Positions 35,090-43,860 of a stretch of DNA of 57,574 nucleotides are shown in pieces; the first letter of the stretch is position 1; the number at the start of each line of letters is the position of its first letter. A model generated the notes under the pieces. It was not told where the DNA came from and ran no database searches. It worked only from the letters and a program-made list of their open reading frames with translations. This DNA comes from a virus (lineage: Duplodnaviria; Caudoviricetes): positions 1 to 57,574 of IMG/VR virus record IMGVR_UViG_3300017788_000029, one strand, 5' to 3'. A program made the translations under genes and the position numbers.

Positions 35090-36796
35090 TCACTCCTCGG
35101 GCTCGTCGTCCTCGTCGTCCTCGGGCTCGTCCTCGGGCTCGTCCTCGGGCGGGTCGGTCGCGAGAGGCACGCGGGGACCTCGACCCTCACCGGACATCGC
35201 CCGCATCGCGCGCTCGGTCGCCTCCTCGGCTTCGTCTCCCATCGCCTCGATCTCCGCATCGACGTCGTGGACGTTGAACAACGTCTGGACCGCGGTCGTC
35301 GCCGTCCGCTGCGAGATGAGCGCCTTCCCTCCGCTCGCGGTCTGCGTCGCGGTGACTGCCTTCGAGATGTCCTCCCACGTCGGCGCGAAGTAGGGGTTCC
35401 AGTTGAGGTCGATCGTCTCGCTCTCGCCGGGGTCGCGCTCGACCACCTTCCCCTCGTGGAGCTTCGGCGGGAGAACGATGGTCTCGCGGACCTCCTCGCC
35501 GTTGACGTCGACCGACGGAGGACGCGCGAGGATGATCCGCGCCGCACGGAGCATGTCTCGGGCGATCGGCTTGATCCCGAACTCCCCGTACTGCTCGCGG
35601 TAGAGGTCGCAGCGCGCGAGCATCGGCGCGTAGAGGATGCGGAGCGCCTGCGCGGACTGCGCCGCACCCGAGAGCTTGTCCGGGTCGGCGAGGACCACCG
35701 AGGAGGCGTCGAGCGCGTAGAGACGGATCCGCTCCATCATCTCGATCGCGGCCTTCGTCGCCTGGCCCTTCAACTCCAGGTACTCCGCGCCACCCGCGGA
35801 AAAGATCGCGTTCTCCGAGCCCTTCCGGACGTTCCCGTTGTTGTGGGCCGGGTCCATCTTGATCACGAGCGTCGGGTCGATGTTCGCCTTCGTCCCCTTC
35901 GACGACGCCGAGAGCAGCTGGTCGATCTCGTTGAACTTGTCCTCCAGCCCCTCGTAGTCGCCCTCCCCGTCCGGCTCGGCGGAGTCGGCGATGTTCTGGA
36001 TCCAGTAGAACGGGGCGAAGCCGAAGTCGTGCCGGACGCGCTTGTGCGGGGCCCGCGTCCACGTCGGAAGATCGGCGATCCGCTTCGGGATCGGCTCCCA
36101 CACGATCTCCTCGGTCTCGCTCCAGTACCGGGCGTAGTAGAACGTCACGTCCTGGATGCGCTTCGCCTCGGGGTTCCAGACCTGCCGCGTGTAGGCGTAG
36201 GCCTTCAAGACCTCCGCCGGCCGCCGCTCGCTCTCGTCGGCCCATCGGAGGACCGTGCAGTGCTTCGCGTTGTGGACCTCGACGCGAGGAGCGCCGCGGA
36301 CGAACGCGAACGAGAGGCACGAGGTGCCGACCGCGCCGCCGAGGTCTCGCGCCTCGACCATCCGCATGGGGAGCCGCGACGTCGTGATGAGCGCCCGAAC
36401 ATAGTCCTCCGCCGCCTCGTCTCCGACCATCGTGACCTCGGGGAAGCGGTCGGTCCCGAAGAGCATGGACGTCAGCCGGCGGACGATGACGACCGCGAGA
36501 TCGTAGCGCGCCGCCGGCCTCCGCTGGGCGTAGGGCACGACATAGCCCGGCTTCACCGGGCTCTCGTCGCCGTAGCCCAAGAACCGCCCATCCCAGTCGT
36601 ACCGCTTCGTCGCGTGCTGCGTCTTGCGGAAGTAGGCTTCGAGCCGGTCCATGATCCGGAACCGCTCGGTCTCCGCGAAGTCGACGAGGCGCACGCCGTC
36701 GAGGGGGATGGGCTTCACGGCATCGCCGTTGCCGGCACCGCTTCCATCCTGCCCACGAGGAGTCGCGAGCACGTCGAGCATCGGGAAGATGGCCAT
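35090..36796 (-). CDS. Portal protein (SPP1 gp6-like)
   Basis: 568 aa after TerL; HDFGFAPFYWIQN, GDYEGLEDKFNEID, SAQALRILYAPMLAR; acidic tail. Confidence 0.9.
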   Translation of the reverse strand: MAIFPMLDVLATPRGQDGSGAGNGDAVKPIPLDGVRLVDFAETERFRIMDRLEAYFRKTQHATKRYDWDGRFLGYGDESPVKPGYVVPYAQRRPAARYDLAVVIVRRLTSMLFGTDRFPEVTMVGDEAAEDYVRALITTSRLPMRMVEARDLGGAVGTSCLSFAFVRGAPRVEVHNAKHCTVLRWADESERRPAEVLKAYAYTRQVWNPEAKRIQDVTFYYARYWSETEEIVWEPIPKRIADLPTWTRAPHKRVRHDFGFAPFYWIQNIADSAEPDGEGDYEGLEDKFNEIDQLLSASSKGTKANIDPTLVIKMDPAHNNGNVRKGSENAIFSAGGAEYLELKGQATKAAIEMMERIRLYALDASSVVLADPDKLSGAAQSAQALRILYAPMLARCDLYREQYGEFGIKPIARDMLRAARIILARPPSVDVNGEEVRETIVLPPKLHEGKVVERDPGESETIDLNWNPYFAPTWEDISKAVTATQTASGGKALISQRTATTAVQTLFNVHDVDAEIEAMGDEAEEATERAMRAMSGEGRGPRVPLATDPPEDEPEDEPEDDEDDEPEE

Positions 36797-36810
36797 GGGG
36801 CGAGTCTACG

Positions 36811-37074
36811 TCACTCGTCGGAGCCGTCGAAGGGCGACGGAGGAGGAGCCGGAGGTTCGGTCGACGCCGCACCGACGCGCGCGCGGTGCCTCTCGATCAC
36901 CTCGTCCACGGCCTCGTGGATCGAGCCCGGTGCCGGGAGCGCCGCCGAGGCCGCCGCGAGACGCGCGCGCACGCGCTCGGCCGATCGCTCGTTGAGCATC
37001 GCCAGGACTTCGGGGACCTTGCCGGCGAGACGCGCGAGCGCCTCGACCGCCGCCTCTTCGAGACTGGCACTCAC
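36811..37074 (-). CDS. Small hypothetical protein coupled to the lipoprotein gene
   Basis: GTG start at the GGAGGTGGCTCGTGA junction; VSASLEEAAVEAL... Confidence 0.55.
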   Translation of the reverse strand: MSASLEEAAVEALARLAGKVPEVLAMLNERSAERVRARLAAASAALPAPGSIHEAVDEVIERHRARVGAASTEPPAPPPSPFDGSDE

Positions 37075-37490
37075 GAGCCACCTCCGAGGAGGCCCATCAG
37101 GTCGAGCGACGGGAGCGTGATCCCGTGCCTCCCGAGGATGAGCGCGAGGGCGTCCCACGAGACCTTGAGCGAGCGCGCCGCGGGGAGGAGAACCGGGAGC
37201 ACGTCGCCCTCCTCGGCGAGCGAGGCGAGGCGCACGGCATCGACGTAGGCGCGCGTGGCCGCGGTCGTCACCTCGAAGACCTGGGCGACCTCGTGGCAGC
37301 CGGCTCCGACGCGCTCGACGCACGCGTCATCGGCGCACGCCGAAAGCTCGCGATCGCACGCCGCGGGCACGAGAGGAGCCGTCGAGACGATGGCCGCCGA
37401 GGCGACGGTGCCGATCGTCGCGTGGACGCTCAGGGCGTTCGCACACGCGAGGAGAGGGAGAGCGAGGAGAGCGAGGAGCATCGTTCGCAT
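37071..37490 (-). CDS. Putative lipoprotein
   Basis: MRTMLLALLALPLLAC: basic N-terminus, hydrophobic core, lipobox LLAC; further Cys pairs. Confidence 0.7.
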   Translation of the reverse strand: MRTMLLALLALPLLACANALSVHATIGTVASAAIVSTAPLVPAACDRELSACADDACVERVGAGCHEVAQVFEVTTAATRAYVDAVRLASLAEEGDVLPVLLPAARSLKVSWDALALILGRHGITLPSLDLMGLLGGGS

Positions 37491-37515
37491 GAGGGGGAGC
37501 CTACGGGTCTCCGGG

Positions 37516-39060
37516 TCATCGGTCGAGAGTGGGCATGTGGGCCATGATCGAGGCGATGAGGTCCCGCGCCCCTTCGCGCGCGAACCACGAAGCCATCAGC
37601 CGGTCGCCCGTGTGCCCTTGCGGCGTGAAGTGGAGCATCTCCGAGAACCACGCTTCGATCTCGGGATCCGACTTCCCGTGGATGTCCGAGGGGACGACCC
37701 ACAGCCCGGAGCGGAACTCGACCGCGAGCGCCTCGACGCCGAACACCTCGTCTGTCTTGTTGCGGCCCGTCGTGAACGGGATCACGGGGATCCCTCTCGT
37801 GGCGGCCCACTGGAGGAGGAACGTCTGCGCGCCATTGTCCTCCACGAGCATCGTCGACTCGAAGCGGGTGAAGGTCGACTGGAGCCGCGTGAGGATCTCG
37901 GGGCCCGTCCATCGGCCCGACTCCAGCGCCACGACGAGGCGACGCGCGCGGTCGTCGATCGCGATCGTGAAGAGGACCGAGAGCCCGTCGCCGTGGTCCG
38001 CCCCCTGCGCCACGCGCCTCTTGCGCTTGCTCGTCCCGAGGTCGACGCCCGTGAAGCACGGGAGCTTCCGGCCCGAGGGTTGGAGTATCGGCCGGTGCGA
38101 GAGGAGCGCGCGACCTCTCCCGAGCACCTTCGCCGCATCGAGCCACTCCTGCCGGAACCGGGCGCTCGCGTCGTCCCGGATGCGGCAGAAGTACTTCCGC
38201 ATGAAGGTCAGCGGGAGCGTGTTCCGCCATCGCTCCAGGAGGCGCTCCAGCGACCACGCCTCGGGCCAGACAGGACGCCATCGCTCGGGCGAGTCGTCTG
38301 GGTTGTGGACGGCGCAGTAGACCTTGATCGCCCAATCGGGCCGCTTCTGGATCGAGGCGAGGAGGTCGTTCGTGCTCCAGGGCGTCCCGATGACGATGAT
38401 CCGCCCGCGCTTGCTCAGGCGCGTGAGCACGGTCGTCTCGAACCACTCGATGAGCTTTGCGCACTGCTCGGGCGTGCGCGTGTTGTCGAAGTCCAGAACG
38501 TCGTCGAGGAGGATGAGATCGAGGCGGGAGCCAACGAGCGGGCCGCCGACGCCGAGCGCCTGGATCGTCGGATCGCGGACGATGAGCTTGCGGTCGACCG
38601 TGATGGCCGACTGGCCCCAGGACGCCTCGGGATGGTCGCTCGCTCGGAGATGCGGGAAGACCTCGTGCACGAGCGCGTTTCGCTCGATGTGCCCGCGGAT
38701 CGCCGCGAGCGGCTTCTCCGCCTGCGTCGCGGTGTTCGAGATGATCGCCGCCCGGATGTTCGGGTTCGTCCCGATGGCGTGGAGCATGTAGCCCACGGCG
38801 ATCTGCGAAGTCTTGCCGTGCTCGACCGGGGCGATGATGCCCACGAGCCGGTTCTCCCGGATGGTCGCGTGCCACTCCTCGTGGATCGGAGCCGCCTTGA
38901 TCGGCAGGCCCGTCTCCTCGTCGGGGATCGCGAACTCGACAAAGGCGCAGGAGTCGGCGACCGCCGCTCGGACGTTCGCCTCGTGAGCAGCCGCTACCCG
39001 CTCCCGAACCTCGGGGAGCGGGAGCCCGGCAAGCTCCGACGGCTGGAGGCGGAGGAGCAC
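37516..39060 (-). CDS. terL: Terminase large subunit
   Basis: APVEHGKT Walker A, ILLDD Walker B, IGTPW motif, nuclease TGVDLG, VEDNGAQ and HTGDRLMASW. Confidence 0.95.
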   Translation of the reverse strand: MLLRLQPSELAGLPLPEVRERVAAAHEANVRAAVADSCAFVEFAIPDEETGLPIKAAPIHEEWHATIRENRLVGIIAPVEHGKTSQIAVGYMLHAIGTNPNIRAAIISNTATQAEKPLAAIRGHIERNALVHEVFPHLRASDHPEASWGQSAITVDRKLIVRDPTIQALGVGGPLVGSRLDLILLDDVLDFDNTRTPEQCAKLIEWFETTVLTRLSKRGRIIVIGTPWSTNDLLASIQKRPDWAIKVYCAVHNPDDSPERWRPVWPEAWSLERLLERWRNTLPLTFMRKYFCRIRDDASARFRQEWLDAAKVLGRGRALLSHRPILQPSGRKLPCFTGVDLGTSKRKRRVAQGADHGDGLSVLFTIAIDDRARRLVVALESGRWTGPEILTRLQSTFTRFESTMLVEDNGAQTFLLQWAATRGIPVIPFTTGRNKTDEVFGVEALAVEFRSGLWVVPSDIHGKSDPEIEAWFSEMLHFTPQGHTGDRLMASWFAREGARDLIASIMAHMPTLDR

Positions 39061-39068
39061 GGGTGCCC

Positions 39069-39608
39069 TCAGTGGGTCGCGGGAGCCTCGGTCTCCTTCG
39101 CCTCATCCGGCCATCGGCCGGTGCGCGCGAAATGCACGAGATCCTCCCGAGAGCGAGCGGAGAACCCGACGTTGAGGCTCCCACCGAGCGAGCCCGTAAC
39201 CTTCACCTCGTCCTGGTAGAGACCGTCGAGCCGGCAGAGGATCTCGGCCGCCCGAGTCGCCGCACGGAAGTCTGGGCGCTCCATCCGGAGGGGCTGGCCG
39301 TCGGGCCCGAGCATCACGTTGCCCTTCGAGTCGCGGACCACCTCGGTTCGGCTCATCGCGCGCGTGTAGAGGTCGTTCACGGAGGCCCGCATGTGCGACC
39401 GCTCCGCGCGCCGGTCGTCGCTCACGGCCTCCTTCTCCCAGCGAGCGCGGACCTCCCGCACGTAGTCGTGGACCTGCCTCGACGTCACGCCCCAGACCTT
39501 CGCGAAGTGGATCTCGATCGCCTGCGACGAGAGCCGCCGCACAAGCGCGGTCTCGACCTCGGCGAGCCTGCGTGCCTTCTCCGCGCGATCCGCGCCCTTC
39601 CTGGCCAT
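39069..39608 (-). CDS. terS: Terminase small subunit (HTH)
   Basis: N-terminal HTH (WGVTSRQVHDY), helical core ending LCRLDGL; directly upstream of TerL. Confidence 0.7.
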   Translation of the reverse strand: MARKGADRAEKARRLAEVETALVRRLSSQAIEIHFAKVWGVTSRQVHDYVREVRARWEKEAVSDDRRAERSHMRASVNDLYTRAMSRTEVVRDSKGNVMLGPDGQPLRMERPDFRAATRAAEILCRLDGLYQDEVKVTGSLGGSLNVGFSARSREDLVHFARTGRWPDEAKETEAPATH

Positions 39609-39656
39609 CGTTCTCTTCTCCTCGCCCGACCGTCTCCGTGGTCGTCTGCCGTGCGA

Positions 39657-39911
39657 CTACGGTAGCACGCCGGAGCCGACCGCCGCTGCGTAGGCGCGCA
39701 CCCGCGCCGGGCTCACCCCGGTGAGCCGCGCGATCTCGGGCTGCGTCATGCCTCGGCGGAGGCGGAACCCGACCTCGCGCTTCTCCGCGGTCGTCATCGG
39801 GAGCGTCCGAACAAGCTCCTCCACGGCGTACCGCATCGGGCAGACCGGGAGCCGCACCCTCGACGCGCACCGAGAGCAGCGGCCTCCGGCCATGATGCAC
39901 GCCCGCTTCAC
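39657..39911 (-). CDS. Small HTH DNA-binding protein with Cys-rich N-terminus
   Basis: GMTQPEIARLTGVSPARVRAY. Confidence 0.65.
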   Translation of the reverse strand: MKRACIMAGGRCSRCASRVRLPVCPMRYAVEELVRTLPMTTAEKREVGFRLRRGMTQPEIARLTGVSPARVRAYAAAVGSGVLP

Positions 39912-42340
39912 GCCTCGGAGCCCTCGACCGGGCGCTCCTCCTCGTAGGTCGCGAGGCCCACCGACGCCGATGGGTCCTCCAACCTCGGGATGACGTTCGC
40001 GACCGAGCCGCGGACGAACACGAGGACGTTCTGGTGGGCCTTCCCGAACTTCCGGCCCTTCTCGAACTGCCGCGCGACGCGCACGGGGACCGAGCCGAGC
40101 GCCTGGAGGTAGATCGCCTCGTTGTAGAACGCCATCCCGGCCTTCTCGAAGGCGCGGATCGTGTCGGCGACGAACCCGTGGTAGGCACCGTCGCGCTCCG
40201 CGCCGCGGACCTCTCCGACGACGATGGCCGCGAACGCGTCCTCCCGGAGCATCGAGACCGTCTCCGCGATGATGCGCTCGTACGCCTCGCGGAACGCGTG
40301 GTAGGGCATCGTCGAGAGGTCCCGCGGGTCGTCAGAGTAGACCTCCAGATCGGCGTAGGGAGGGCAGGTCAGGAGGAAGTCGAACTTCCACGTCTCCTTC
40401 GCGCAGACCGTGCGGATCGCCGTCGAGTCGCCCTGGTACCAGGTCGCGTCCCCGAGCGCCGGCTGCTCGTCGTTCTCCCGGTAGTCCGAGGCCGTGGCGA
40501 ACAGCCAGAGGAGGTCGCCGGGCTGGACGTGCGGGAGGCACTTTGCTTCGTACATCGGATCGAGCCGGACGCCGCCGACGTCGGTGACGCGGGCCGGCGT
40601 CTCGTAGGGCAGCCCGCTCTCGACGAACTTCACCCGCTCCCTCCAGTCGGCGGGAGCGCGCCGGTCGAGGAGGTCATCCACCGGACGGTCCGAGACGCGC
40701 ACGCCGAGCACGGCCACGTCCTTGCGACCGATCCGGTCGAGCCCGTGGAGGACCGAAGAGAGGCCCATCCCGGAACCCACCGGGCAGACGATCCGCTTGA
40801 CCTCGGTGGGGAGGTTCTCGATCTGCCGCGCGTTCGTCGGCACGTAGCAGTCGGCATCGAGCCCGAGCCGGACCATCTCCCAGCCGCGCTCGGCCGCGTC
40901 CTTCTCCGCCATCGGGATCAGGCGCTTGAGGAACCCGCGCCCGCTCGGCCGGATGAGGTCCGCTCCGTGGAGGACCGCATCGCGCTCCGCCGGGGAGAGG
41001 TCGTTCGCCTTCGCGGTGTAGACCCGGCACGGGATCTTGAGCGCCTGCGCCAGGCGAGCGACGCGGGAGACCATGGGGGAGTGCCGGGAGCCGGCCGCGA
41101 CGAAGCCGCGAGCGCCGGTCTCCTTCGCGAGCGCGAGGCCCGCGCGCGCCTTCGCGCCGCTCACCCCGTTGACCTCGAACAGGTCATCTCGCTTGAGCCA
41201 GATCCGGCCGCCGTCCGGGTGCTCGACCTGCTCGACTGGCGTGATCGCCTCGGGATCGGTGACGAGCGCCGCGTGGCCCGGGCGAGGAGCGCGAGGGGCC
41301 CGCGCCGCCTTCGGCAGGATGCTCTCGGCCTGCTCCCGGTTCGCCTCGACCTGCTCGCCGCGGAGGTCGACACCGACGTAGGAGCGCCCGAGCCACGCCG
41401 AGACGATGCCCCGAACGGAGCCGCCCGCGAACGGGTCGATCACCCGCCCGCCGGCCGGGCAGAACCACCGCACGAGAAGCTCGGTCAGCACCGGGTCGAA
41501 GACGCTCGTCCCGGTCGACGAGAGGCCCGAGGCGTCGGCGACACGGAGGTAGGAGGCTTCGAACTCCTCGTTCGTCGTCGCCCTCCCCAGCATGGCGTCG
41601 ACCGCGCGCTTCTGGTCGTAGTAGTCGGGGACCTGCCCCGAGAGCGACGCGAACAGGGCGCCCTTCGACTTCTTCGCCTCGGCGTAGGCCTTGGGGTCGC
41701 GAGCGCCGGAGGAGAGCCCGAGCGCGTTCCGCGGACGACCGATCTCCGACCGGATGCCGATCGCCATCCACGCGCGCCGCCGAGCCACCCAATACCCCTG
41801 CCGGGCGTCGAGGATGGAGAAGGGCGGGGCACCGAACCGCTCGGCGAGCGTCCGCCTGGTCTCATCGCCGTCGTCCCCTCCAGTGTTCGCGGACGCGAGC
41901 ATCTTCGCGACGTCGGCTGGCTCCCAGCCGGTGAGCCGGATCTCCTCCGGCGAGAACCCGGAGAAGAGGTCGGCGAGACGGAACGGGTTCCACGTCGCGA
42001 TCTCGCCCAGGCGGTTGTCGGCGGGGACGTAGAGCTTGGCCAGCCGCTCGTCGTGGTCGGTCTCGACCACGGGGACCTCCTCCAGCCCGAGGTTGAGCGC
42101 CGCGAGGTAGCGCGTGTCGCCGGCCTCCAACTCGCCGCGAGGGTCCACGATCATCGGGGTCGTCCAGCCGAACTCGTTCAGGGACCGAACGATGTCGGGG
42201 ACCGCGTGGGCGTTGTCCCTCGGGTTCCCCTCGCGCCGCCGGAGGTCGGCGAGCTTCCGAAACGGCACGCCCTGCGCCCGGAGCCGAGCGAGCGACGAGA
42301 GGAGGCGGGAGGAGGGCTGAGGGCGGGAAGCGGTCGGCAT
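39908..42340 (-). CDS. ParB/Srx-DNA methyltransferase fusion with an inserted PLP-dependent (ACC deaminase/D-Cys desulfhydrase-like) domain
   Basis: ParB: NPR...FGWTTPMIVD...AGDTRYLAA...ADNRL. MTase motif I IDPFAGGSVRG and motif IV TCPPY are separated by KRDD...SGAKAR, CPVGSGMG and LDPMYEAK. Confidence 0.88.
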   Translation of the reverse strand: MPTASRPQPSSRLLSSLARLRAQGVPFRKLADLRRREGNPRDNAHAVPDIVRSLNEFGWTTPMIVDPRGELEAGDTRYLAALNLGLEEVPVVETDHDERLAKLYVPADNRLGEIATWNPFRLADLFSGFSPEEIRLTGWEPADVAKMLASANTGGDDGDETRRTLAERFGAPPFSILDARQGYWVARRRAWMAIGIRSEIGRPRNALGLSSGARDPKAYAEAKKSKGALFASLSGQVPDYYDQKRAVDAMLGRATTNEEFEASYLRVADASGLSSTGTSVFDPVLTELLVRWFCPAGGRVIDPFAGGSVRGIVSAWLGRSYVGVDLRGEQVEANREQAESILPKAARAPRAPRPGHAALVTDPEAITPVEQVEHPDGGRIWLKRDDLFEVNGVSGAKARAGLALAKETGARGFVAAGSRHSPMVSRVARLAQALKIPCRVYTAKANDLSPAERDAVLHGADLIRPSGRGFLKRLIPMAEKDAAERGWEMVRLGLDADCYVPTNARQIENLPTEVKRIVCPVGSGMGLSSVLHGLDRIGRKDVAVLGVRVSDRPVDDLLDRRAPADWRERVKFVESGLPYETPARVTDVGGVRLDPMYEAKCLPHVQPGDLLWLFATASDYRENDEQPALGDATWYQGDSTAIRTVCAKETWKFDFLLTCPPYADLEVYSDDPRDLSTMPYHAFREAYERIIAETVSMLREDAFAAIVVGEVRGAERDGAYHGFVADTIRAFEKAGMAFYNEAIYLQALGSVPVRVARQFEKGRKFGKAHQNVLVFVRGSVANVIPRLEDPSASVGLATYEEERPVEGSEA

Positions 42341-42364
42341 ATAGGGAACTCCGTAGGGGGAGGG

Positions 42365-42559
42365 TCAGCGGGGAGGTCGGGAGGGAGGAGCGAGCGCGCC
42401 GCACGCCGTGCAGGCCCATCCTGCCTTGGTCGAGCGCCAGGAGGTGTCAGGCCCGCACGATGGGCAGGCCACGGCCGTGGTGACCTTCGTCACCTCCACG
42501 GGAGTGCCAGAGGCCAGGGGAAAGACGATGGAGAGAGCGGAGATGATGGTTCGGAGCAT
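42365..42559 (-). CDS. Small zinc-ribbon protein
   Basis: CPSC...CTACG; GAGGA SD. Confidence 0.55.
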   Translation of the reverse strand: MLRTIISALSIVFPLASGTPVEVTKVTTAVACPSCGPDTSWRSTKAGWACTACGALAPPSRPPR

Positions 42560-42561
42560 GT

Positions 42562-43149
42562 TCAGCGGTCCTCGGGGCAGGGTTCGAAGGAGAGGTGACC
42601 AGGAGCGTCCTCGTCGCGAGGCTCGGGGTGCCCGCAGATGCGGCAGACCCAGGTCGGCGGAGGAGGGAGCCGTGGAGGGGCCAGCGGGGATTCGTCGTCG
42701 ACGGCAGAGAGGAGGCGTCGGCCTCCGGGCCGGAACGGCGAAGGAGGGTCCGAGGAGGCACCCGAGCCCGCGGGAGACGAGCGGGGTGCGGGTGCCTCCT
42801 CGGGAGGCACGTCCGATGGGGCGTGCCCGAGGCCGGGCGAGGCTTCGGGCATCGGACGCGTGTTCTTGGAGAGGAAGAGATCCAGCGCCTCCCGGATGAG
42901 GACCGCCTGCGGCACGCGCCGCTCATCGGAGAGAGCGCGGAGAGCACGGAGGTGCGCGGGGTCGAGGTAGACCGTCGTGCTCACTCGTCGCTCGGGCACC
43001 TGTCGTCCTCCTCGCATCATCCAGTCCGCCGTCATGCGCACCGCCTCCGGAGCGGTCTCGGCCACCTCGACCGCCGGCTGACCGTCGACGCTCGTCCTCC
43101 ACGTGCCGTCGCGGGTGAGCGTCACCCGGATGTCGTAGATCATCGTCAC
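42562..43149 (-). CDS. RHH-domain regulator with C-terminal Cys/His motif
   Basis: RVSTTVYLDPAHLRALRALSDERRVPQAVLIREALDLFL is a classic RHH; ends WVCRICGH...C. Confidence 0.7.
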   Translation of the reverse strand: MTMIYDIRVTLTRDGTWRTSVDGQPAVEVAETAPEAVRMTADWMMRGGRQVPERRVSTTVYLDPAHLRALRALSDERRVPQAVLIREALDLFLSKNTRPMPEASPGLGHAPSDVPPEEAPAPRSSPAGSGASSDPPSPFRPGGRRLLSAVDDESPLAPPRLPPPPTWVCRICGHPEPRDEDAPGHLSFEPCPEDR

Positions 43150-43787
43150 GGCTTCCCCTCTCGAAGGGGGCACCACGAGGGAGGCTCGGCGTCACCCATC
43201 GTCGCGGCCGGTAGAAGGCCATCGCTCGTCGGGATCGCCGCCGACTCGTGGTAGCAGGGGCCGTGGTGTTCAGAGGCCTCGGCCTTCCCGAAACGAGGGC
43301 ACTCGCCGCAGGTCATGGGCAACGAGTGGTCCGGAGCGAGGACCCAGCTGAGCCGGATATCTCGCTCGGTGACCGTCCCCACGTCGCCGTCCTCGTAGTC
43401 GTGCGCCGTCGCCTTCGTGACGACGACGACCGGCCAGAAGCCGTGGAAGCCGGGATCGGGCGGCAACTGCGGGCCCGTGACGCGAACGACCTCGCCGTCT
43501 CGACCTCGGTAGAGCTTCCCGATCACGACCTCCTGCGAGCGGAGCGCCGCGACCTCGGACCGCAGCCGAGCAGCCTCAGCGGCCATCGCCGCCGCGACCG
43601 ACTCCGCCTCGAAGTGCTTCGCGTGGAGCACCTCGACCTCGGCGACGATGGTCTGGGCGATCTGCGCCATGCGCTCGGCGACCTGCGCGCGCCACTGGTT
43701 GCTCGGGAGGTCGATGCAACGCACGAGCGCCTCCATCGCGTGGTCCACGAGCGTCTCGTGAACTTTCCTCGGGTCGTTGATGAGCAT
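43146..43787 (-). CDS. Hypothetical protein with C-terminal Cys cluster
   Basis: First gene after cassette 5; CGECP...C...PSWCPL. Confidence 0.6.
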   Translation of the reverse strand: MLINDPRKVHETLVDHAMEALVRCIDLPSNQWRAQVAERMAQIAQTIVAEVEVLHAKHFEAESVAAAMAAEAARLRSEVAALRSQEVVIGKLYRGRDGEVVRVTGPQLPPDPGFHGFWPVVVVTKATAHDYEDGDVGTVTERDIRLSWVLAPDHSLPMTCGECPRFGKAEASEHHGPCYHESAAIPTSDGLLPAATMGDAEPPSWCPLREGKP

Positions 43788-43860
43788 CGGTCCTTCTCCT
43801 TCGCCGTCGGCCCTTCGCCGACGCTCCATCCTTGGATCGTCCGCCGAACGAAGGCAACAA
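43788..43860 (-). promoter_or_regulatory. Promoter-hairpin-SD cassette copy 5
   Basis: TTG-TTGCCT-N17-CAAGGA; CGTCGGC-GAAGG-GCCGACG; GCGAAGGAGAAGG. Confidence 0.75.

Noticed and set aside
40490-41245. Insert in the MTase as an intein or homing endonuclease
   Set aside because: No Cys/Ser start with His-Asn end and no LAGLIDADG or HNH motifs; it has PLP-enzyme motifs instead.
41990-42340. ParB domain as a plasmid-prophage partition system
   Set aside because: It is fused to an MTase beside the terminase; no ParA or parS-like repeats recognised.
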